Shown in pieces: positions 51,060 through 60,824 of a stretch of 64,000 bases of DNA. The position numbers were made by a program, and so were the translations under genes. The DNA lies in NCBI GenBank assembly GCA_027306595.1, contig DAHUZI010000111.1, positions 89,783-153,782 on the forward strand, given 5' to 3'. This DNA comes from Candidatus Dormiibacterota bacterium. Its GTDB lineage: Bacteria > Chloroflexota > Dormibacteria > Aeolococcales > Bog-877. The notes beneath the pieces are model-generated. The model was not told the DNA's origin and did no database searches. It saw only the letters and a program-made list of their open reading frames with translations. How positions within the stretch are numbered: the stretch's first letter is position 1; each line of letters opens with the position of its first letter.

Positions 51060-52218
51060 GCTCGGCCCCCCAGCCCGAACTGATCTCACCGTCAGCTGGT
51101 TCGGGCATGCGGCCGGCCACCGCGCCGACGGGCTGTCAAGCTACTCCGAGCAGGTGGTGCACGGGCTCCAGCGGCGCGGGTGCACCGTCCACTTTCACCA
51201 CCTTCGGGGCGACGGGGCGGTGGTGCCGGTCGACGCCGCCCACCGGACGGTCTGGCGGGGCGCTCGCTTCAAGACCGTCAGCGTGGCGGCCCCCGGGTTC
51301 CGGGCGGCGGCGGCCCGACGCCTCGCGGTCGAACGGCCCGCGATCGTGCACTGCTCCCTGAGCTTCAGCCTCGCGGATGGGTGGCTGGCGACCGAGGCCC
51401 ACCGCATCGGAGCGGGCGCGGTCGTGACCTTCCATCTCCCCTACGGCCGCAGCGGCAGCGGTCGGGGCCGAGTGCTCCAGGGCCTCTATCGCTTCTGGGC
51501 CCGGCGGCTGCGCAGCTTCGACCGGGTGATCGCCTTCACGACCGAGCAGGTGGAGCGGCTCACCGCCGCTGGCGTCGCCGCCGAGCGCTGCGCCGTGATC
51601 CCGAACGCCGTGGACACCGGGCACTTCCGCCCGGGGGCATCTCGGCTGCGCGCCGAGCGCCTTGCCGGGGCCGAGCTCGTGGTCGGGTACCTGGGGCGCC
51701 TCGACCCCGAGAAGCGGGCGGCCATGCTGGTCGAGGCGTTCTGCTCGGCTGGGCTCCCACCCACGGTTCGCTGCCTCATCGCCGGACGGGGCCGCGAGGA
51801 GGGGCGGGTTCGGGCCCTGGCCGATCGGTGCGAGCAGGTCGTCTACGTCGGTCAGCTGGACGGAGCCGAGGCCCGGGCCGACTTCCTGCGCGCCGTCGAC
51901 GTCTTCTGCCTGCTCTCCACCGCGGAAGGGCTCTCCATCGCCCTCCTCGAGGCGATGGCCAGCGGCTGCGCGGTCCTGGCAACTCTCGAGGCCGGAGCCG
52001 CCGTGGCGGGCCCCGGGGCGATCACGCTACCCGGGCGCCGCCCGGCCCCAAGGCTCGCCGCCGAGCTGCTTCGGCTGGCGGTGGCCCCCGGGGCTGCGGC
52101 CGAGCTGGGCCACCTGGCACGGGCCGAGGCGGTGCATCATCATGACGTGGAGGCCATGCTTGACCGCGTTCTCGCCGTCTACCGGTCGCTCACCCCTGCG
52201 TCGGCACGGGTCCCGTGA
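51052..52218 (+). CDS. GT4-family glycosyltransferase (PimA/PimB-like)
   Basis: In-frame part of ORF 50848..52218. Shows LTVSWFGH, GRLDPEKR, and EGLSIALLEAMASGCAVLAT (EX7E). Start is unresolved: no ATG or GTG lies between 50848 and the conserved N-terminus, so CTG 51052 is used as a placeholder. Confidence 0.75.
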   Translation: MSELGPPARTDLTVSWFGHAAGHRADGLSSYSEQVVHGLQRRGCTVHFHHLRGDGAVVPVDAAHRTVWRGARFKTVSVAAPGFRAAAARRLAVERPAIVHCSLSFSLADGWLATEAHRIGAGAVVTFHLPYGRSGSGRGRVLQGLYRFWARRLRSFDRVIAFTTEQVERLTAAGVAAERCAVIPNAVDTGHFRPGASRLRAERLAGAELVVGYLGRLDPEKRAAMLVEAFCSAGLPPTVRCLIAGRGREEGRVRALADRCEQVVYVGQLDGAEARADFLRAVDVFCLLSTAEGLSIALLEAMASGCAVLATLEAGAAVAGPGAITLPGRRPAPRLAAELLRLAVAPGAAAELGHLARAEAVHHHDVEAMLDRVLAVYRSLTPASARVP

Positions 52219-53120
52219 CCGGGACGGTCTCGACCTCCCTCGTCGTCGACAGCAGCGCGTGCCTCCCGCCAGCGCTCGGCGAGTCGCCGTGGGTGCGGGT
52301 CGTGCCCATGACCCTGCACGTCGATGGTCGGGATCTGCGCGATGGCATCGACCTGGGGCTCGACGCCTTCTACGAGCGGCTCCGGAGGCCGGGTCCCCTG
52401 CCCACGAGCAGCTCGCCGGCCCCCGGCGCCTACCTGGAGGCATTTCAAGACGTCCAGACCCCGGCGGCGGTGTGCCTGACCATCCCGGAGCGCTACTCGA
52501 TGATGGGCCGGTCAGCCCGGGTGGCAGTGGACCTCCTGCACGAGATCGACCCCAGCCGGGACGTCCGGGTCATCGACACCGGCACCGCCGCCGGCGGCTA
52601 CACGTTGGTGGCCGAGGCCGCCGCGGCCGCCTGCATGGCCGGGCTGTCGGCCGACAAGGTGGTGGCCCACACGGAGGCGGTCGCCGGCGGCGCCCAGGTC
52701 ATCGGCGCCCTCGAGACCCTGCGCTTCCTCACGCGCAGCGGCCGGGTCCCGGCCATCGCCGCCCTGGGGGGCGACCTGCTACGGGTTCGACCCGTGTTCG
52801 CGCTCAGCGGAGCTGATGTGCGCCGTCTGACGGTGGTGCGCGGCACCAGGCGGGCCCTGCGAACCGTGGCCGAGCAGCTGCGGGCGGTCACCGACCCCAA
52901 CGGATCGTTCCGGCTCGCCGTCTTCACCGCCGCCGACCCGGCGGTCGCTGACCAGCTCGCAGCCGCGCTGCGCGAGGTCTTTGGCGATCGGCCCGTGGAG
53001 CGCCTCGCGCTCACCCCGGTCATCGCCCTCCACACCGGCCCTGGGCTGCTCGGGGCAGCGGCGGTGCCGGACCTCCCGCTGCCCTGCGCCGAACCCAGCG
53101 GCCCGAGGGCCCGGCCGTGA
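52215..53120 (+). CDS. DegV-family (fatty-acid-binding, FakB-like) protein
   Basis: ORF 52215..53120, GTGA overlap with the GT4 stop. Shows LVVDSSACLP, TSSSPAPGAY, VIDTGTAAGG. Confidence 0.85.
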   Translation: MTGTVSTSLVVDSSACLPPALGESPWVRVVPMTLHVDGRDLRDGIDLGLDAFYERLRRPGPLPTSSSPAPGAYLEAFQDVQTPAAVCLTIPERYSMMGRSARVAVDLLHEIDPSRDVRVIDTGTAAGGYTLVAEAAAAACMAGLSADKVVAHTEAVAGGAQVIGALETLRFLTRSGRVPAIAALGGDLLRVRPVFALSGADVRRLTVVRGTRRALRTVAEQLRAVTDPNGSFRLAVFTAADPAVADQLAAALREVFGDRPVERLALTPVIALHTGPGLLGAAAVPDLPLPCAEPSGPRARP

Positions 53121-53762
53121 ACTTGTATGCCCAGGCGGCCCTGATCCTCGTCGGCGCCTACCTCCTCGGCGGCATCCCGACCGGGTGGTTGATGGGCCGG
53201 GTCGTCGGGATCGACCTTCGGCGGGTCGGCACCGGCAAGATCGGGACCAGCAACCTCTTTCGGAATGCCGGATGGGCTCCGGCCGCCATCGTCGGGCCGG
53301 TCCAATTCGTCCAGGGCCTCCTGCCCGTGCTCGCCGCCCAGCGGCTGACGGGCGACACGCTGGTGGCCGCCGGCGCCGGGCTCTGCGCCGTGATCGGGAA
53401 CGGCTGGCCCGCCTACTTCCGCTACAACGGCGGCCGCGGGGTCGCTACGGCGACCGGGGCGGTGGGGCTGTGGTGGTGGCCCGGCTTCGTCTTCCTCCTC
53501 GCCGCCTACCTGGCGGGATGGCTGGGACGCAAGATCCCGGTCGGCGTCCTCGGCGGGTTCATCGGGCTCCCGGTCGTGCTCTGGCTCAGCGGGAGTCCCG
53601 GTCCGTACGCGATCGCGGCGGTGGGGCTCCTCATCTGCATCTGCCTTCGCCGCCTGGAGGGGTACGCGGACGAGCGCAAGGGCTCGCCCCGCGCGCCCGC
53701 CGATGGGCTCTGGGAGCGGATCGTCTACGACCGCCAGCCCGGCCAGCGCCTGGTGGGTCCCC

Positions 53763-53773
<11 letters not shown>
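53117..53773 (+). CDS. plsY: Acyl-phosphate:glycerol-3-phosphate acyltransferase
   Basis: ORF 53117..53773, GTGA overlap with degV. Shows GAYLLGGIPTGW, GTGKIGTSN, YNGGRGVAT. Confidence 0.9.
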
Positions 53774-55208
<1,435 letters not shown>

Positions 55209-55228
55209 GCCCGCGGGCCGGGAGGGCC

Positions 55229-55777
55229 TCAGGCGGTGGGCATGATCGCCTCGGCCACGTACCAGCGGCCGCCGACCGAGACCGTCGAGAGGCTGGAGGT
55301 AAGGCCGAGCGGGTGACGGGAGAGGAGGCGACACTCGAGCGAGCGGCCACGGGGTCCGTAGCAGACAGTCGCGACGAGCTGGACGGCGGCCCGACCGCGG
55401 CCACGGTCGATGCCGGTCACGATGATGGAGACCAGCTGCAGACGGGCCCGGTCGATCGCCCGCGCCGATGCGGCCAGCTGCGGCCGGGCCGACGGGGCGA
55501 GGTAGCGACGCATCCGCGCGGCGCTGTGGGCCGAGACCCCGTCCAGGTAGCCGTGGACGGCCGCCGCCGGTGACGCGTGGGAGGCCCGCGGGAGCGGCAT
55601 GGCGTGAAGGCCTCGGACCAGGGCGACGCCGACGAGGAGGAGCAGGCCGATCAGCGTGAGCTGCCAGCGGGTGCGTCGGGGCGAGCGGGGCCGTCCGGCT
55701 CGCGACTCCCGCGGCAGCCCCACCCGCGCACCCGGCCGAGTCGGGTCGAAACCGGTCGGGGGGCGCTGCCAGGTCAC
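55229..55777 (-). CDS. Membrane-anchored hypothetical protein co-transcribed with the two-component system
   Basis: C-terminal 182 codons of ORF 55229..56128. GTG 55777 is 1 nt after the response-regulator stop. TM segment WQLTLIGLLLLVGVALV. Confidence 0.5.
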   Translation of the reverse strand: MTWQRPPTGFDPTRPGARVGLPRESRAGRPRSPRRTRWQLTLIGLLLLVGVALVRGLHAMPLPRASHASPAAAVHGYLDGVSAHSAARMRRYLAPSARPQLAASARAIDRARLQLVSIIVTGIDRGRGRAAVQLVATVCYGPRGRSLECRLLSRHPLGLTSSLSTVSVGGRWYVAEAIMPTA

Positions 55778-55778
55778 G

Positions 55779-56441
55779 TCAGGTGGGGGTGACCAGCCCC
55801 TTGCGCATCGCGTAGTGGACGAGCTCGGCCCGGTCGCGCAGGTTGAGCTTCTCCATGACGTGGGCGCGGTGGGTCTGGACGGTTTTGATGCTGAGGAAGA
55901 GAGCGTCGGCGATCTCGCGATTGGTGCGGCCCTCGGCGACGAGCCCGAGCACCTCGCGCTCCCGCTCGGAGAGGAGCTCGGGGGCGTCAGCCCCGCCCCC
56001 CGCCCGCTCGAGGTAGTCGCGTACGAGCAGCCGGGCCACCGACGGGTACAGGTAGGGCTCGCCCCGGGCCGCCGCCTCGATCGCCGCCACCAGCTCGATC
56101 GCGGCCGCCTTCTTGAGGAGGTAGCCAACCGCGCCCGCCCGCAGGGTCTCGAACAGGTACTCCTCGTTGTCGTGGGCGGTGAGAATGACGACCTGAACGC
56201 CCGGGTGGGCGCGCCGGATCCGACGGGTGGCCTCGATTCCGCTCAGGTGGGGCATCCCCACGTCCATCACCACGACATCGGGGCCGAGAGTCCGCACCAG
56301 GCGCACCGCCTCCTCCCCCCCATCGGCCTCGCCCACGACCTCGATCTGGGGTTGAGCATCGAGGACCATGCGGATCCCCTCCCGCACCACGGCGTGGTCG
56401 TCGGCGAGCACGACCCTGAGGCGCGGAGCCGGAACGCTCAC
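55779..56441 (-). CDS. NarL/LuxR-family response regulator
   Basis: ORF 55779..56441, GTGA overlap with the kinase stop. Receiver (VVLADDH ... VVVMDVGMP) plus HTH ([35 protein letters not shown]). Confidence 0.9.
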   Translation of the reverse strand: MSVPAPRLRVVLADDHAVVREGIRMVLDAQPQIEVVGEADGGEEAVRLVRTLGPDVVVMDVGMPHLSGIEATRRIRRAHPGVQVVILTAHDNEEYLFETLRAGAVGYLLKKAAAIELVAAIEAAARGEPYLYPSVARLLVRDYLERAGGGADAPELLSEREREVLGLVAEGRTNREIADALFLSIKTVQTHRAHVMEKLNLRDRAELVHYAMRKGLVTPT

Positions 56442-57556
56442 GAGCGGATCGGCCGGGATGCCGCCGCCTTGGAGCGGCCCGGCGCGGAGGCGGCCGCCGC
56501 GTTTGGCTCGGCCGAAGGGCGCCGAGGATCGGCCCCGACCGCCGCCTCGGCGTCGAGAGGGATGGTGGCCACCAGGCGTGTCCCGGCGCCGGGCTCGCTC
56601 TCGATCGTGAACGTCCCCCCCAAGAGCTCGGCCCGCTCGCGCATGCCGAACAGGCCCAGGCCGCCACCCGCCGCGCGCGCGGGATCGACCCCACCGCGCC
56701 CATTGTCGATGACCTCGACCGCCACCCGGCGAGCGATCGGGTCATGGTCGAGGCGGACCGTGACGGCCGAGGCCCCGCTGTGGCGCGCCGCGTTCGTGAC
56801 CCCCTCCTGGACGATCCGGTAGCAGGCGGTCTCGATCGCGGCGGGGAAGCGCTCAATGCCGGCCGGCACCTCGACCAGGACCCGGGGCGCCCCGGGGGGG
56901 CCACCGGCGTCCGAGGCGATGCTGCGCAGGGCTGGAACCAGCCCGAGGTCGTCGAGCACCGTCGGCCGCAGATCGCGGGCCAGGCGGTGAACCTCCCCCA
57001 GGGTTCGCTCCGCTCCCGCCCGCAGGCCCGCGATCTGAGCCCGCGCATCCGCCGGGAGGTCGGCGCGTTGGCGGAGGAGGTCGAGCCCGATGATCTGTCG
57101 CGTCAGCGTCTGCGACGTCTCATCGTGGAGCTCGCGGGCAACCCGCTCGCGCTCCCGCTCGAGGGCCTCGAGGACCCGCTCCGCGTGCCGGCGGCGCTCG
57201 ACCTGCAGGCGGTCGAGCATGAGATTGAGGGTGGCAGCCATCCGCCGGAGGTCGGGGCTGGGGCCAGTCGGGACCGCCCGGGCGTCCAGGCGACCGCTGC
57301 GAACGGCCCCCATCACCGCGATCAGCCCTCGCAGGGGCGCGAACGCCGCCCGCAGGACCAGGTAGTTCACGCCCAGGCTCACCGAGATGCCCGCGGCCAC
57401 CAGGCAGACGAGGGTCACCAGCCGCGAGGGCCGGGCGAGATTGAGGGTCGCCCAGGTTCCCAAGAGCGCGCCAGCGACGATGATGAGGCTGTTGGCCACG
57501 ATCACCGTCTGAAAGAGGGAGCGCCGCCGCAGCGGCGCCGCAAGCGGTAGGCGCAC
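56438..57556 (-). CDS. Sensor histidine kinase (HisKA_3 + HATPase_c), intramembrane-sensing architecture
   Basis: ORF 56438..57556. GTG follows GGAGGAG. Two TM helices are separated by about 5 residues. H-box ELHDETSQTL. N/G boxes EGVTNAARH, DNGRGG, GLGLFGMRERA. Confidence 0.85.
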   Translation of the reverse strand: MRLPLAAPLRRRSLFQTVIVANSLIIVAGALLGTWATLNLARPSRLVTLVCLVAAGISVSLGVNYLVLRAAFAPLRGLIAVMGAVRSGRLDARAVPTGPSPDLRRMAATLNLMLDRLQVERRRHAERVLEALERERERVARELHDETSQTLTRQIIGLDLLRQRADLPADARAQIAGLRAGAERTLGEVHRLARDLRPTVLDDLGLVPALRSIASDAGGPPGAPRVLVEVPAGIERFPAAIETACYRIVQEGVTNAARHSGASAVTVRLDHDPIARRVAVEVIDNGRGGVDPARAAGGGLGLFGMRERAELLGGTFTIESEPGAGTRLVATIPLDAEAAVGADPRRPSAEPNAAAASAPGRSKAAASRPIRS

Positions 57557-57917
57557 CGGGGCTCCTCCAGCGACCGCCCCCGAGTTCGGTGGGATCTCGG
57601 CGCGATTCTACGGCGCTGGGCTCCGCCGACCCCCCAACACCTTTCAGGCCCCCCTGCCGCGAAAATCAGCCGCTGCCCGATGGCCCCCCCGGGGCTCGGC
57701 GACCGACGATGGCCGTGATCGAACTCACCCATCGATCCGGTGCGGAGACCGGGGGCCGGCGTCCGGCCGGCCCCCACCTCCCGCCCGGGGGGGCGAAACC
57801 TTCCCGCCCCCCGCGCGTTGCAGTGGTGGGCACGGCGCGCAGGGCGCCTCCCCGCCCGCCCGGGTCCCGCACTTCGGTCGACCCCGGGCTGCGCGCCGTG
57901 CCCGAGCCTCAAGGCCC

Positions 57918-60191
57918 ATGTGGAACGTCGCCGATCCAACCGGCCCGCCCCCCGCCCCGGCCAGCGGCCGGCGACGGTCGGGCCGCGCCACCGGACGGCG
58001 GCCGGGGCGATCGCCAGGGCCGGCCCCATCACCCCGCTCGCCGGTCCGACGCCGTCGCTCCCGGAGCGTCAATGGGCTGGTGGCGACCGGGCTCGTCGCC
58101 CTGTTCGCGATCGCCCTGGGGACCGGGCCGGTCGCCGCACTCACTCGGGTCATGGGCGCCCTGCCCACGCCCAACCCGATCCCAGCCGACACCCTCGTGT
58201 ATGCGGCCGGCGGCACCCTGATCGCCGACCTCCATGCGCCGGGGCGGAGCCGGCTGCCCGTGCCCCTCGGTCGGGTGGCCCCAAGCTTCCTCCGGGCCGT
58301 GGTGGCCACCGAGGACCGCAGCTTCTGGACCGGCGGCAGCATCGACTGGCCCCGGATCGTGGCGGCCGGACTCCATGACGTCCTCCACCACGGCACCCTG
58401 GAGGGCGCGAGCACGATCCCGGAGCAGCTCGCCAAGATTCGCTTTCTCACCGACAACCGGAGCATCGGCTACAAGGTCCGCGAGATACTCCTGGGGCAGG
58501 AGTTGAGCACGACCGAGTCGCGCCGCACCATTCTCGACCAGTATGTCAACGACGTCTACTTCGGGGACGGGGCCACAGGGATCCAGGCGGCGGCCCTCAC
58601 CTATTTCGATGTGCCCGCCAGCCGTCTGACCCTGGCCGAGTCCACCCTGCTGGCCGGGCTGCTCCCGGCGCCCAGCGCCTTCGACCCGCTGGTCGACCTC
58701 CCGCTGGCCAAGGACCGACAGCAGGTGGTCGTGAATTCCATGGTCGCAGCCGGCTACCTCTCTCCAGCTCGGGCAGCAGCGGTGCTCCGGGCGCCGCTGC
58801 CGCTGCGTCGCACCCCCGCCACCAACGTGGACCGTGCGCCCTACTTCGTCGACCACGTGCGCAGCTGGCTCGCCAAGCGCTTCGGGCCCGGGTACGCCAC
58901 CATGGGCCTGCGCGTTCGCACAACCGTCCGTCTCCCGTTGGAGGCGCTGGCCCAGCGCCTGGTCACTGCGACCGTCGCCGGACACCAGGCGATGCACATG
59001 ACGGACGGCGCCTTGGTGGCGATCGACCCCCGGACGGGCGACGTGGTGGCGTATGTGGGCGGGGCCGGGCCCCACGTCCCGGGCGGACAGATCGACATGG
59101 CGGCGCAGCCCCGCCAGCCGGGCTCGACCATGAAGCTTGTCACCTACGCGGCGGCGCTCAACGCCCACCGGGTGACGATGACGACCCCCGTCCTCGACGC
59201 CCCCCTCACCCTGCCCAAGGGTGGGGCCCCGGGCGGTCGGGGGCCATTTGTCGTCCACGACTACGAGGGGGTGTACCAGGGCGTCGTCCCCGTCCAGGTG
59301 GCGCTCGGCAACTCGCTCAACGTCCCCGCAGTTCGCGTCGAACGGCGAACCGGGGTCGGACGGATCGTGCGGCTCGCGCGGCGGATGGGGATCACAACCC
59401 TGGGTGGCTCCGCCAGCGACTACGGCCCGAGCCTGACGCTCGGTGCCTATCCGGTCCCCCTCTGGGAGATGGCCCAGGTGGGCTCGGTGCTGGCTGCCTC
59501 GGGCGTCCTCCACCCCGCCCGCTTCGTGACCCGGGTCACGACCGTCTCAGGGCGAATCCTCTACCGCAGTCCGCCGGCCAGTCGTCAGGTCCTCCCGGCG
59601 CGAGTCGCCTACCTCATGAACGTGATGCTCTCGCGCAACAGCAATCGCCTGCTGGCCTTCGGGCCCGCGACCGACCTCGTCCTGCCGGGACGGGTCGCGG
59701 CGATCAAGACCGGGACCTCGAACTCCTTCCGCGACAATCTCGCGGTCGGCTGGACGCCCACCCTAGTCACCGGCACCTGGGTGGGCAACGCCAGTGACCA
59801 GCCGATGTACGGGGGGGGGATCAACGGCATCAGCGGCGCCGCCTCCCTGTGGCACGACTTCATGACGGCCGCGCTCGCTCACGTCCCGAACCGCTACTTC
59901 CCCACCCCGAGCGGGCTCGCGGTCCAAGGATCGGGCAGCGCGCGCGCCTACTACCTGCCCGGGACCGGACCGACCACGGCCGTGCTCGGAGCCCCGAGCA
60001 CCTTCGGCTCCGGGACGACCACCAACATTCGCTACCGGGGGATCTGCCGGTACTGGACCTACAACCGCGGCAACTACTGGTGGTGCGGCAGCGGCTGGTC
60101 GACCCTGCCAGGCGATCCGGGACCGCGGTCGGCCTCCTCGTCACCGGCCGCCCCACCAGCGGCGATCCCGACGGGGGCCGGGACCGGCTGA
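57918..60191 (+). CDS. Class A penicillin-binding protein (GT51 transglycosylase + transpeptidase)
   Basis: ORF 57918..60191. Shows ATEDRSFW, GASTIPEQLAK, RKxxE-like KVREILLGQELS, and GSTMKL (SxxK). Basic N-terminus followed by a TM. Confidence 0.9.
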   Translation: MWNVADPTGPPPAPASGRRRSGRATGRRPGRSPGPAPSPRSPVRRRRSRSVNGLVATGLVALFAIALGTGPVAALTRVMGALPTPNPIPADTLVYAAGGTLIADLHAPGRSRLPVPLGRVAPSFLRAVVATEDRSFWTGGSIDWPRIVAAGLHDVLHHGTLEGASTIPEQLAKIRFLTDNRSIGYKVREILLGQELSTTESRRTILDQYVNDVYFGDGATGIQAAALTYFDVPASRLTLAESTLLAGLLPAPSAFDPLVDLPLAKDRQQVVVNSMVAAGYLSPARAAAVLRAPLPLRRTPATNVDRAPYFVDHVRSWLAKRFGPGYATMGLRVRTTVRLPLEALAQRLVTATVAGHQAMHMTDGALVAIDPRTGDVVAYVGGAGPHVPGGQIDMAAQPRQPGSTMKLVTYAAALNAHRVTMTTPVLDAPLTLPKGGAPGGRGPFVVHDYEGVYQGVVPVQVALGNSLNVPAVRVERRTGVGRIVRLARRMGITTLGGSASDYGPSLTLGAYPVPLWEMAQVGSVLAASGVLHPARFVTRVTTVSGRILYRSPPASRQVLPARVAYLMNVMLSRNSNRLLAFGPATDLVLPGRVAAIKTGTSNSFRDNLAVGWTPTLVTGTWVGNASDQPMYGGGINGISGAASLWHDFMTAALAHVPNRYFPTPSGLAVQGSGSARAYYLPGTGPTTAVLGAPSTFGSGTTTNIRYRGICRYWTYNRGNYWWCGSGWSTLPGDPGPRSASSSPAAPPAAIPTGAGTG

Positions 60192-60209
60192 CGACGGTCC
60201 GGCGTCGGG

Positions 60210-60692
60210 TCAGGCGCTGGCCGCCTCCACGGAACCGGCCAGCACCTGCCAGCGGCCCCGCTCACCGACCGCCAGCCCGTCCCCAGTGGCCAGCGCGTCG
60301 CCGACGGCCGCCAACAGTTCGGCGGCGCGGAACGGTCGGACCAGATTCACGAAGCCGAGCGCCTCGAGGCGTTGCCGCCGCTCGCTGACGGGAGGGTGGT
60401 CGGTGGTGAAGACCACCGGGGTCCGGGCCCACGCAGGCAGATGCAGCAGCCGCCGGCAGAGCTCGAACGTGTCGAGGTCCGGGAGCTCGACATCCAGGAC
60501 CGCCAGGGCCGCAGGGGCGGCCCCGGCCACCTCGAGCGCTTCCAGGGCGCCCGCCGCCTCTAGCACCGTGAATCCCGCCCGGGCAAGGATGGCGCCGGTC
60601 ACGAGCCGACGGCCACGGTCCTCGTCCGCGACCAGGATCGCTTGGCGTGGGACGACGCCGGCTCCCGAGGTGATGAGGGGACCGAGCGTCAT
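60210..60692 (-). CDS. Stand-alone response-regulator receiver-domain protein (atypical)
   Basis: C-terminal 160 codons of ORF 60210..60890, ATG 60692. Shows ILVADED, LAVLDVELPDLD, VVFTT, and NLVRPF (Arg where receivers have the conserved Lys). Confidence 0.7.
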   Translation of the reverse strand: MTLGPLITSGAGVVPRQAILVADEDRGRRLVTGAILARAGFTVLEAAGALEALEVAGAAPAALAVLDVELPDLDTFELCRRLLHLPAWARTPVVFTTDHPPVSERRQRLEALGFVNLVRPFRAAELLAAVGDALATGDGLAVGERGRWQVLAGSVEAASA

Positions 60693-60824
60693 GCCGCCAT
60701 TGTCGGCGGCGGATCTGACGAACCGTTCACCGGGCCGCCCCACGTGCGCACCCATCCTGTGACGGGCCCGCGAGGGCCACGGGGGCCGCCCCATCGGCGC
60801 CTCCGCACCGGACCACCGGGATGA

